The position numbers and the translations under genes were made by a program. Of a stretch of DNA of 64,000 nucleotides, positions 26,369 through 33,732 are shown one piece after another. The stretch's first letter is position 1. The number at the start of each line of letters is the position of its first letter. Source of the DNA: Oscillospiraceae bacterium (GTDB taxonomy: Bacteria; Bacillota; Clostridia; Oscillospirales; Oscillospiraceae); contig CACZDN010000003.1 of assembly GCA_902779945.1 (NCBI GenBank), forward strand, positions 16,549 through 80,548, read 5' to 3'. Under the pieces are notes generated by a model, which had not been told where the DNA came from, searched no databases, and saw only the letters and a list, made by a program, of their open reading frames with translations.

Positions 26369-27708
26369 GGCTTTATCCTCCGATCGGTTTTTTCAAGCAC
26401 TTTTTTATACGGGGCGAGCATCCCTTCGTTCATCCTGCCGCCGATCACGCGCCTGAGACGGCGGCTTCGCAGCAGCGCGCCCAAAAGGCTCAGCCCCAGC
26501 ATACGCGGCCAGCGCCTCTGCGGGAAGTCGTAAAGCCCGTGCTCCCTGTAAAAGCGGTGATCCTCGCGCATCATGCCGCGCATGAGCCAGACGAGATCGC
26601 GGAAGATCTTCATGCCGCCCACGCCGTAGAAGTCGCGCGGCGGGGTATAGCCCCTCTCGAGCGCGAACGCAAGGCGCATCGACACCGCGCGCAGGCTCTC
26701 CGCGTCCGACGCAAAGCCCGCGAGGAAGCTGTGTCCCACCGAGGCCCGCGCCTCCAGCACGCAGCGCAGGTTGTCCTCCCCTGCCAGGCTGCCGTTGACG
26801 AGATAGGCGAAGGGCTTGCCCTCGGCCACGGTGCGGTGGCCGTTGCAGAACTGCCGGTCGTCGTACAGCTTGAAGCGGGAGCCCATGCTGTGATCCCGCA
26901 GCGTGAAGGCATAGACGATGGCGTCGGCGCGCTGGATCTTCTCGCGCAGGAAGACGTCGAAGCCGTCGCGGTAGACGCATTTGCCGCCCGTCGCGCAGCT
27001 CAGGCAGCCGAGACAGCCGCCCCGGAACGGGAAGTCCGCGAGATTCACAAAGCGCGTGCCATAGGGAAAGACCGCGCCGAAGTCCCTGATGAGGGCGCGC
27101 AGCCCCTCGTCCCCCTCGCGCAGGTCGGCGACGATCACGACGTCGAAGCCGTCCTGCTTCCTGCAGGCCTCAAGGCGGCCTGCATAGACCGCGGGGGCCG
27201 CGGCGGGCGCGGGCGGCGCCTTTTCAAAGACGGCGTTTTCCGCGCAGTACACCGCGTATTCAAAAAAGTCCTCCAGCTCCCTGCGGCCCTGTTCGGTCAG
27301 AAGATCCTCCATGTCGGCGGAGAGGCCGCGGATGACGCGCATCCCCATGTCGTGCAGGTTCTCCTCCAGAAAGCGGCGGGCCGTCACGTCGAAGAAGTGC
27401 TTGGAGGTCAGAAGCGTCGCCGCGTATTTGCCGCCGAGGGGCACGGCGTGCTCCTTCAAAAGCTCGAGAAAGCGGTGCAGCTGCGAGGGGACGAGAAAGG
27501 CGTAGACCGGGCAGGCGAAGATCACGAGCTCCGCCGCCTGGAACGCCGACGCGGCCGGGGCCATGTCCCGCTCAAAAGCGTCGATCCCCGCGCCCGCGTT
27601 GAGGTACTGGAAGCTGTGCCGGGGAAAGCGCTTTTCAAGGTACAGGCAGCTCTGCAGCGTGACGCTGAAGCGCCCCCGCGGCGAGCCGTTGACAAAGAGA
27701 ATGTTCAT
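26365..27708 (-). CDS. Two-domain flavodoxin-fold NAD(P)H-dependent oxidoreductase-like protein with Cys cluster
   Basis: N-terminus MNILFVNGSPRG (FMN-reductase fold). Second half has GGCLGCLSCATGGKC. RBS GGAGG. Confidence 0.7.
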   Translation of the reverse strand: MNILFVNGSPRGRFSVTLQSCLYLEKRFPRHSFQYLNAGAGIDAFERDMAPAASAFQAAELVIFACPVYAFLVPSQLHRFLELLKEHAVPLGGKYAATLLTSKHFFDVTARRFLEENLHDMGMRVIRGLSADMEDLLTEQGRRELEDFFEYAVYCAENAVFEKAPPAPAAAPAVYAGRLEACRKQDGFDVVIVADLREGDEGLRALIRDFGAVFPYGTRFVNLADFPFRGGCLGCLSCATGGKCVYRDGFDVFLREKIQRADAIVYAFTLRDHSMGSRFKLYDDRQFCNGHRTVAEGKPFAYLVNGSLAGEDNLRCVLEARASVGHSFLAGFASDAESLRAVSMRLAFALERGYTPPRDFYGVGGMKIFRDLVWLMRGMMREDHRFYREHGLYDFPQRRWPRMLGLSLLGALLRSRRLRRVIGGRMNEGMLAPYKKVLEKTDRRIKP

Positions 27709-28085
27709 GGACGCCTCCGTTGGATTTACATAACATTATTATTTTACATGATTTGACGACAAAAATCTACCGCCAGTTTCCGTGTTTTTCAAAAAAGTTA
27801 TTCGTATATACGGAACAGCCCCTGCTGCGATATGCGGACTTTTTCAGCCTGTTGAAAGAAGAGGTTTGACGGAACGCGCGATCCGGATTATACTTGAAAA
27901 AAAGAACACGGCGAGAAAAACGGCATTTTATCATCAGCCGAATATACTTAGGCTTGCGGATATTGTATTGCCGGAGAAAAAATAAAGGCAGCACCGCACA
28001 ATTCGGCGAGAGCGAATCCTGAGAAAAATTGGGTTCTGGCGATGGCAGTTTTTCGCAGGAATACTTTGTGTATTGCAAGAAGAGG
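27709..28085. promoter_or_regulatory. AT-rich divergent control region
   Basis: Visibly AT-rich 377 bp between divergent genes. The track ORF 27767-28198 (-) has no protein-like character. Confidence 0.5.
27866..27894 (+). promoter_or_regulatory. Promoter of the decarboxylase gene
   Basis: TTGACG, 17-nt spacer, TATACT. Implies a ~185-nt leader. Confidence 0.55.
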
Positions 28086-29267
28086 ATGAACATGTTATTC
28101 GACGAGCAGAGAACGTTTGACCCCGCTGAGGCCAGACTGGATGATCTGGCGGCGTCCGTGGCGACGCGAAAGCTGCACGACTTCGGGTATCCCGTCAACC
28201 AGGAGAGCCGCCTGATCGGGTTTTACCGGTGGCTCGCGGGCAGCGGCCTTAACCTTGCCATGGTCAACAACGCCGGCGACCCCTTTGACAAAGAGCCCGC
28301 GCATTTGATGAGCTCGCTGGAGTTCGAGCGCGAGGTGATCGAACATCTCGGGCCGCTGTATGGATTTGACCCGGACGACCTCTGGGGCATCGTCACGTTC
28401 AGCGGGACGGACGGAAACAACCACGGGCTCTATTTCGGCGCAAAGTACCTTGAAAACAAGACAAACAAGAGACCCGTGCTCTATGTGTCCGACGCCGCCC
28501 ACTATTCCGGCAGACGGCTTGCCGACCTGCAGCACCTGGATATGGCGCTCATCCCGTCCGACGTACACGGCCGCATGATCCCGGAGGCGCTGGAGAAGGC
28601 GCTCATCCCGGAGCGTCCCGCGCTGGTGGTCTATGCGATGGGCACCACCTTCAAGGGCGGCGTCGACGATCAGGACGCGCTGAACGCCGTGCTGGCAGAA
28701 TACCCGGACATGGAGGTCTACCGCCATGTGGACGCCGCGCTCTTCGGAGGGTATCTCCCGTATTCGGAGTACCGGGACGCGGTGGACCGCAGGGTCCATC
28801 CCTTCGACTCCATCGCCATCAGCGGACACAAGTTTTTCGGCATGGACGAGCCGGGCGGCTTCTTCCTGACGACAAAGGATGTAAGGGAGCATCAGAACCC
28901 CTACAACATCTCCTATCTGAACTGCAGTATGCCGATGATCAATTGCTCCCGCTCTGCCATGACCCCGATCAAATTCTGGTGGATCTTCCAGCATACGAGC
29001 AGGGAACAGTTCATCGAGCAGACAGAGACGATGCTGCGCAATGCGGCCTGGCTGAAGGAGCAGCTGGACGGCATGGGCTGGCCCGCGTGGCTGGAGCCCA
29101 TGTCCAACACGGTTTACTTTAAGCGCCCGCCCGAGAACGTCGTGAAAAAATACAACCTCGCCCCGGATTACGACGACAGGCTGGGCGGAGAGCTTTCCCA
29201 CATCGTCGTCATGCAGCACGCGAACGAAAAACGGCTGCAGCAATTCCTGGACGATCTCAAGAGCTGA
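28086..29267 (+). CDS. PLP-dependent group II decarboxylase, histidine-decarboxylase-like
   Basis: FGYPVNQ.., FSGTDGNNHGLYFG, HVDAALFGG, and PLP-lysine motif ISGHKFFG. Start is ATG at 28086 or 28092, downstream of AGAGGA. Confidence 0.8.
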   Translation: MNMLFDEQRTFDPAEARLDDLAASVATRKLHDFGYPVNQESRLIGFYRWLAGSGLNLAMVNNAGDPFDKEPAHLMSSLEFEREVIEHLGPLYGFDPDDLWGIVTFSGTDGNNHGLYFGAKYLENKTNKRPVLYVSDAAHYSGRRLADLQHLDMALIPSDVHGRMIPEALEKALIPERPALVVYAMGTTFKGGVDDQDALNAVLAEYPDMEVYRHVDAALFGGYLPYSEYRDAVDRRVHPFDSIAISGHKFFGMDEPGGFFLTTKDVREHQNPYNISYLNCSMPMINCSRSAMTPIKFWWIFQHTSREQFIEQTETMLRNAAWLKEQLDGMGWPAWLEPMSNTVYFKRPPENVVKKYNLAPDYDDRLGGELSHIVVMQHANEKRLQQFLDDLKS

Positions 29268-29365
29268 CGGACATGCCTGCGCCTCAGCCGGATACATGTA
29301 TACCGTGTCCCTGCGCAGGCCGCATTGCGGCCGCCCCTCCCGGCGGCACAAGGGTTCATTCCGGC

Positions 29366-29415
29366 AAAAACATACGGCGAAATCGTTTCAGACTGAGTTG
29401 CGATTTCGCCGTATG
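29366..29415 (-). terminator. Terminator between convergent genes; same sequence family as 6531-6587
   Basis: Perfect 15-bp stem catacggcgaaatcg / cgatttcgccgtatg, with a T-run on the minus strand. Confidence 0.65.
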
Positions 29416-29463
29416 CTTATATTATCGGTACGTTGCCGCTGCCGGAAGGGGCAGACCGCGCCT

Positions 29464-29886
29464 TTACCCGTTTTGCAGGTTGTCCACGATGCGCTCGCAG
29501 AAGGCCATGAGAGTCGCCTTTTCCTCCTCGGAAAAGCCGGCGAAGGCCAGCTCCTCCGTGCGGTAGAAGCTCTCGACCGAGGCCCGCGCCAGCTCCTTTC
29601 CGCGTTCGGTCAGGGTGACGCGGCGGCTCTTTCGGTCTCCCTCGCACTGGCGGCGCTCGAGAATGCCCTGCTTTTCCATGCGCTGGAGCAGGACCGTGAC
29701 CGAGCCGGGCTCCAGCTGGCAGGCCCGGGCGATCTCCTTCTGGCTCTGCCCCTCGTGCGATCTGAGGAAGGCCAGCACCTTTGGCTGCCCGGTGGAGAGC
29801 TCCGTCGGCTCAAGCTCCTTCAGAAGCCGCTTGTGGAAAAGCGACTGCATCTGCATGAGCCGGAAGGAGAAATCCCGCGCGGTCAT
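29464..29886 (-). CDS. MarR-family transcriptional regulator
   Basis: Winged-HTH region LSTGQPKVLAFL....SQKEIARACQLEPGSVTVLLQRMEKQGILERR. ATGA overlap with the upstream gene. Confidence 0.9.
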   Translation of the reverse strand: MTARDFSFRLMQMQSLFHKRLLKELEPTELSTGQPKVLAFLRSHEGQSQKEIARACQLEPGSVTVLLQRMEKQGILERRQCEGDRKSRRVTLTERGKELARASVESFYRTEELAFAGFSEEEKATLMAFCERIVDNLQNG

Positions 29887-31058
29887 CCCTCAAAGCTCAG
29901 GACCTGCTGGGTCTTGAGCCCGGTGGCGGAGAAGGTCGCGTAGTCCAGCGTCGTGAGGGACGCGGTCTCGGGGTACTTCTCCCGTACCGCGGCGAGCAGC
30001 TTCGCCTGTAGCTCCTCGCTGACGAACTGGCGGGCGTAGCCGCTGTCGTAGACGTTCAGAAACCAGGGGGAGGTGACCACGATGCGGGTCGGGACGATCT
30101 GGTAGAAGTTCATCGGGGAGGTGCAGAGGTACTGGTACAGGGCCTCGTCGTCCATCGCCGCGAGCTGGGCCGTGGTGTCCAGGGTCTCAAAATAGTAGTG
30201 CGCCTTGGCGACGAAGACGGGGATCTCCTCCTCGCTCAGCTCGGCGAAGCGGATGGGCCTGTAGGTGCCGGTGATCTGCACGCCGTAGCTCATGAAGTAG
30301 CTGGGCAGGACGGGCATGGCCTCGGAGCAGAGGTCGCCCGCGCGGATCTGGCGGGTCCAGTAGAGGTCCACGCTGGGGTTGACGTTCATGTTGTTGAGCT
30401 TGGCGGTGTTGGTCTCACTGGAGCCGAAGAGCGTCATGTCGGCGGGGTCGAGCACGTACTCCACGCTGCCGATGGTGGGGACGTTGTTGTAGGCGGTCGC
30501 GATCTGATACATCTCGCGGTTGTTGCCCTCTGCGCCCTTGAGGTAGTCGAGAATGAGCTCCTTCTTGAGCTCGTCCGAAAGCTCCACATCACCGAAGTTG
30601 ATACCGCCCACGCTGGACACGGTTGCGGAGGTCACGGCGTCCACGCCGGCCTGCATATGGTAGTCCGCCGCCTTGACGTAGCCGTTGCCGAGAGCCCAGG
30701 CGTCGAGATCGACCTCAGCCCCCGCAAGGCGGAGCCAGGCGTCCGCCGCCGCGGCGAGCACGGCGTTGCTCGTCATCGTCGCGCCGGAGACGGCGTCGAC
30801 CCTGACGGAGTTCTGCGCGACCATCGCGGCGGGCAGTTCGGTCAGCGCAGCCTGGCCGACCGTGCTGTCGGCCTTGTCGGTCTCGGCCTTCACGTCGGTG
30901 ATCACGCCGTCCTCCACGGTGAGGGTGACGGTCACGGTCTCGTCCAAGCCCTGCGCCGTCGCCGTCGCGCTCTGCGAATCGGCAAAAGCGGCGGGCGCGA
31001 GACCCAGCCCCAGGCAGAGGACCAGAAGGACGGCCAATACGGATTTTACGCTTTTCAT
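29883..31058 (-). CDS. Secreted FMN-binding-domain protein with large C-terminal domain of unknown function
   Basis: Signal peptide. FMN_bind motif VDAVSGATMTSNAV. ATG at 31058 with AAGGTGGA upstream. Confidence 0.75.
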   Translation of the reverse strand: MKSVKSVLAVLLVLCLGLGLAPAAFADSQSATATAQGLDETVTVTLTVEDGVITDVKAETDKADSTVGQAALTELPAAMVAQNSVRVDAVSGATMTSNAVLAAAADAWLRLAGAEVDLDAWALGNGYVKAADYHMQAGVDAVTSATVSSVGGINFGDVELSDELKKELILDYLKGAEGNNREMYQIATAYNNVPTIGSVEYVLDPADMTLFGSSETNTAKLNNMNVNPSVDLYWTRQIRAGDLCSEAMPVLPSYFMSYGVQITGTYRPIRFAELSEEEIPVFVAKAHYYFETLDTTAQLAAMDDEALYQYLCTSPMNFYQIVPTRIVVTSPWFLNVYDSGYARQFVSEELQAKLLAAVREKYPETASLTTLDYATFSATGLKTQQVLSFEG

Positions 31059-31079
31059 GAGAGATTCCACCTTTCCATG

Positions 31080-31103
31080 ATATAGTTTGAATTCAAACTA
31101 TAT
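31080..31103. promoter_or_regulatory. Perfect 24-bp palindrome; candidate MarR operator
   Basis: ATATAGTTTGAATTCAAACTATAT equals its own reverse complement. Lies between the -10 box (31106-31111) and the RBS of the FMN-binding/MarR operon. Confidence 0.6.
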
Positions 31104-31105
31104 GC

Positions 31106-31134
31106 AGTATAGCACGCGGTTATGCGGCTGTCAA
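31106..31134 (-). promoter_or_regulatory. Promoter of the FMN-binding/MarR operon
   Basis: Minus strand reads TTGACA, 17-nt spacer, TATACT. Confidence 0.6.
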
Positions 31135-31294
31135 GCGCGCAGGAGCCGGCCACGCCGCGGGCGTTGCTGACCTCAGGGAGTTCGTCGGGGCCTCAGCCTG
31201 CGGCCCCGACGGCGCGGAGCGCTGTGAAATTGCGGGCTATGCAAGCGCGCTTTTTCATGGTAAAATACAACCGAAAAGGAGAGGAGGGGTCCCC

Positions 31295-32131
31295 GTGAAA
31301 AGAGCGGCGTGCGTTTTGCTTGCGCTGTGTATGATTCTCTCGCTGCCCGCCGCCCCCGCTTCGGCCGAGGGGGAGCCGCTGAGCGGGCGCTTTGGCGACG
31401 CGGTGACGATCCTCGACGCCGCGTGCGTGCCCTTTCTGCTGGACTTCCACGTGGTCGACTGCCGGGAGCTTGAGCTGACGCTCTCCCTCAAGGGCTACAG
31501 CGGCGACCCCTTCGACGTCTGGGAGCTCTGCGCCCTGGCCCCGGGCGGCAGCTGGAACCAGATCGCGGAGCTGGAGCTGCGCAAGATCATGGCCGACGGC
31601 CGACGGCAGGTTTACAGCTTTTCGTTTGACGAGCGCCAGGTCTTCGACGCGCTTGCGCTGCGCAAGCGGGATGGCGGCGGCACCTGCAGCGTGGACTGGG
31701 GGACCGTGGAGCTTCGTCTGATCAGGGGGAAGCTGGGCGCGCCCGTCTCCGGTATCCCCTCCTACATCGACGAGGACTACCTGCCCATCGACGGCGTGTG
31801 GAGCGAGCCTGTGCCGATCCACAACGGCGTGTACCCGGCCTACGTCCTGGACCGGCGGCTGAGCTACTGCATGGAGATGACCATGGCGCTGACGATCCTG
31901 GACTACACGGGCTATCCCTTCGGGGACTGGCATCTCTATGCGCTGGATCTCAAGGACAACTGGAACCCGATCGGGGAGTTCCGGATCGAAAAGGAGCAGG
32001 CCGACGGAGAGCTGCGCACCTACGACTTTAGTTTCTTCCCGCCGGAGACCTTCAAGGCCCTGTCCATCTGCACCCGCGAAAAGGGCGCGATCTTCACCCT
32101 CGACTGGGACATCAACTTCTACGCGCCGTGA
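31295..32131 (+). CDS. Secreted protein with internal domain duplication, function unknown
   Basis: Signal peptide ..LPAAPASAEG. Two homologous halves (GDPFDVWELCALAPGGSWNQIAELELRK.. / GYPFGDWHLYALDLKDNWNPIGEFRIEK..). GTG start with AGGAGAGGAGG upstream. Confidence 0.65.
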   Translation: MKRAACVLLALCMILSLPAAPASAEGEPLSGRFGDAVTILDAACVPFLLDFHVVDCRELELTLSLKGYSGDPFDVWELCALAPGGSWNQIAELELRKIMADGRRQVYSFSFDERQVFDALALRKRDGGGTCSVDWGTVELRLIRGKLGAPVSGIPSYIDEDYLPIDGVWSEPVPIHNGVYPAYVLDRRLSYCMEMTMALTILDYTGYPFGDWHLYALDLKDNWNPIGEFRIEKEQADGELRTYDFSFFPPETFKALSICTREKGAIFTLDWDINFYAP

Positions 32132-32198
32132 AGAGAAAGCGGCGTACCCCGCCCATGATACGGCGCCGCCCTCCCGGCGGCCCGGCACGGAAACGACA

Positions 32199-32233
32199 AA
32201 GGCAATAACGCGTGATGCGGTATTGCCTTTTTT
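32199..32233 (+). terminator. Rho-independent terminator
   Basis: Stem aaggcaata / tattgcctt followed by T6. Confidence 0.65.
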
Positions 32234-32234
32234 A

Positions 32235-32273
32235 GATCCTTCGACTCCGCTGCGCTCCGCGCAGGATGACGGG
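32235..32273 (-). repeat. Family C motif copy
   Basis: Reverse complement reads cccgtcatcctgcgcggagcgcagcggagtcgaaggatc. Confidence 0.5.
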
Positions 32274-32324
32274 CGTTGCGCTTTGCCCCGCGAAGCCGTA
32301 ACGCGGGCTTTTTCACGTTCCCCC

Positions 32325-32353
32325 TTGACAGCACGGCCGTCCTGTGCTATACC
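32325..32353 (+). promoter_or_regulatory. Promoter of the GntR-ABC operon
   Basis: TTGACA, 17-nt spacer, TATACC. Confidence 0.55.
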
Positions 32354-32355
32354 AT

Positions 32356-32382
32356 AACTGTATTAATCGAAATAATACAGTT
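32356..32382. promoter_or_regulatory. Inverted repeat; candidate GntR(YtrA) operator
   Basis: aactgtatta, 7-nt gap, taatacagtt. Sits immediately downstream of the -10 and fits the GT..AC GntR core. Confidence 0.55.
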
Positions 32383-32482
32383 GATACGCAGCGATTCCGA
32401 GCGGGGCCGTGCGTTGCGCTTTGCCGGACAGACTGCGGGCTTTCTGTCCGGGATGTATATGAATACGAAAGGAGGCATCGGC

Positions 32483-32842
32483 TTGATCCAGATCAACTAC
32501 AGCGACCCCCGGCCGATCTATGAGAAGGTCAAGGAGTCCCTGCGGCGGCTCATTCTGAGCGGAGCCCTGCCGGAGGACAGCCGGCTCCCCTCGGTGCGGG
32601 AGCTGGCCATGAGCCTGACCATCAACCCCAACACCATCCAGCGCGCCTACCGGGAGCTGGAGCAGGAGGGCTGCATCGTCTCAGTGCCGGGCAAGGGCAG
32701 CTTCGTGGCGCGCGGCGGCGGAGCGAAGGCCGCGCGGCGGGCGGAGCTGCGGGAAAGACTCAACGCCCTCGCGGCGGAATTTGAGGCCATTGGCGTCTCC
32801 CGCGCCGAGATGGCCGAAATGCTGAAGGAGGAAGAAGCATGA
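32483..32842 (+). CDS. GntR-family (YtrA-subfamily, short) transcriptional regulator
   Basis: HTH PSVRELAMSLTINPNTIQRAYRELEQEG. TTG at 32483 with AAAGGAGG 7 nt upstream (alternative ATGs at 32455 and 32459). Confidence 0.8.
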   Translation: MIQINYSDPRPIYEKVKESLRRLILSGALPEDSRLPSVRELAMSLTINPNTIQRAYRELEQEGCIVSVPGKGSFVARGGGAKAARRAELRERLNALAAEFEAIGVSRAEMAEMLKEEEA

Positions 32843-33732
32843 TCCAGGTGCGAAAGCTCAGAAAGAGCTTTGATGGCTTTGAGGCCCTGCGGGGTCTCGA
32901 CATCACCGTGCCGAAGGGCGCGGTATACGGCCTTGTGGGGCCGAACGGCGCGGGCAAGTCCACCGTGATCCGCCACCTCGCGGGCATCTACCGCCAGGAC
33001 GGGGGCGAGGTGCTGGTGGACGGGGAGCCGGTCTACGAAAACCCCAAAATCAAGGCGAGGATCGCCTGCATCCCGGACGACGTCTTCTATTTCAACGCCG
33101 CCACGGTGCGCGACATGAAAAGCTTTTACCGCGCCATGATCCCCGCGTTCTCGGACGAGCGCTTCGAGAAGCTGCGCGCTGCCTTCCCCATTGAGGAGAA
33201 GCAGACCGTGCGCAGGCTCTCGCGCGGGATGCAGAAGCAGGCGGCCTTCTGGATCGCCCTGAGCTGCTGCCCGGATGTCCTGCTGCTGGACGAGCCGGTG
33301 GACGGCCTTGACCCCGTGATGCGCCGCCAGGTGTGGAGCCTTCTTTTGCAGGACGTGGCGGAGCGCGGGACGACGGTGCTGGTCTCCTCCCACAACCTGC
33401 GGGAGCTGGAGGATGTGTGCGATCATGTGGGCATCATGGATAAGGGCCGGATGCTGCTCGAGCGGCCTCTGGAGGAGATGCAGGAGAACATGGTCAAGCT
33501 CCAGCTCGCTCTGCCGGACGGAGCGGAGCTGCCGGAGGGGCTGGACGTGCTGCACGAGACCAGGACCGGGCGGCTGCGGCAGCTCATCCTGCGCGGGAAC
33601 GCGGAGGAGCTGACGGCGAGGCTCGGCGCCTGCAAACCCTTCTTCCTGGACGTGCTGCCGCTGACGCTGGAGGAGATCTTTATTTACGAGCTGGGAGGGG
33701 AAGATCATGAGATCAAGAACATCCTTCTTTAA
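32839..33732 (+). CDS. ABC transporter ATP-binding protein
   Basis: Walker A GPNGAGKST, signature LSRGMQKQ, Walker B LLLDEP. Confidence 0.9.
   Translation: MIQVRKLRKSFDGFEALRGLDITVPKGAVYGLVGPNGAGKSTVIRHLAGIYRQDGGEVLVDGEPVYENPKIKARIACIPDDVFYFNAATVRDMKSFYRAMIPAFSDERFEKLRAAFPIEEKQTVRRLSRGMQKQAAFWIALSCCPDVLLLDEPVDGLDPVMRRQVWSLLLQDVAERGTTVLVSSHNLRELEDVCDHVGIMDKGRMLLERPLEEMQENMVKLQLALPDGAELPEGLDVLHETRTGRLRQLILRGNAEELTARLGACKPFFLDVLPLTLEEIFIYELGGEDHEIKNILL

Noticed and set aside
27767-28198. 143-aa minus-strand ORF spanning the AT-rich region.
   Set aside because: It overlaps the decarboxylase start and the promoter region. It is low-complexity and has no RBS.
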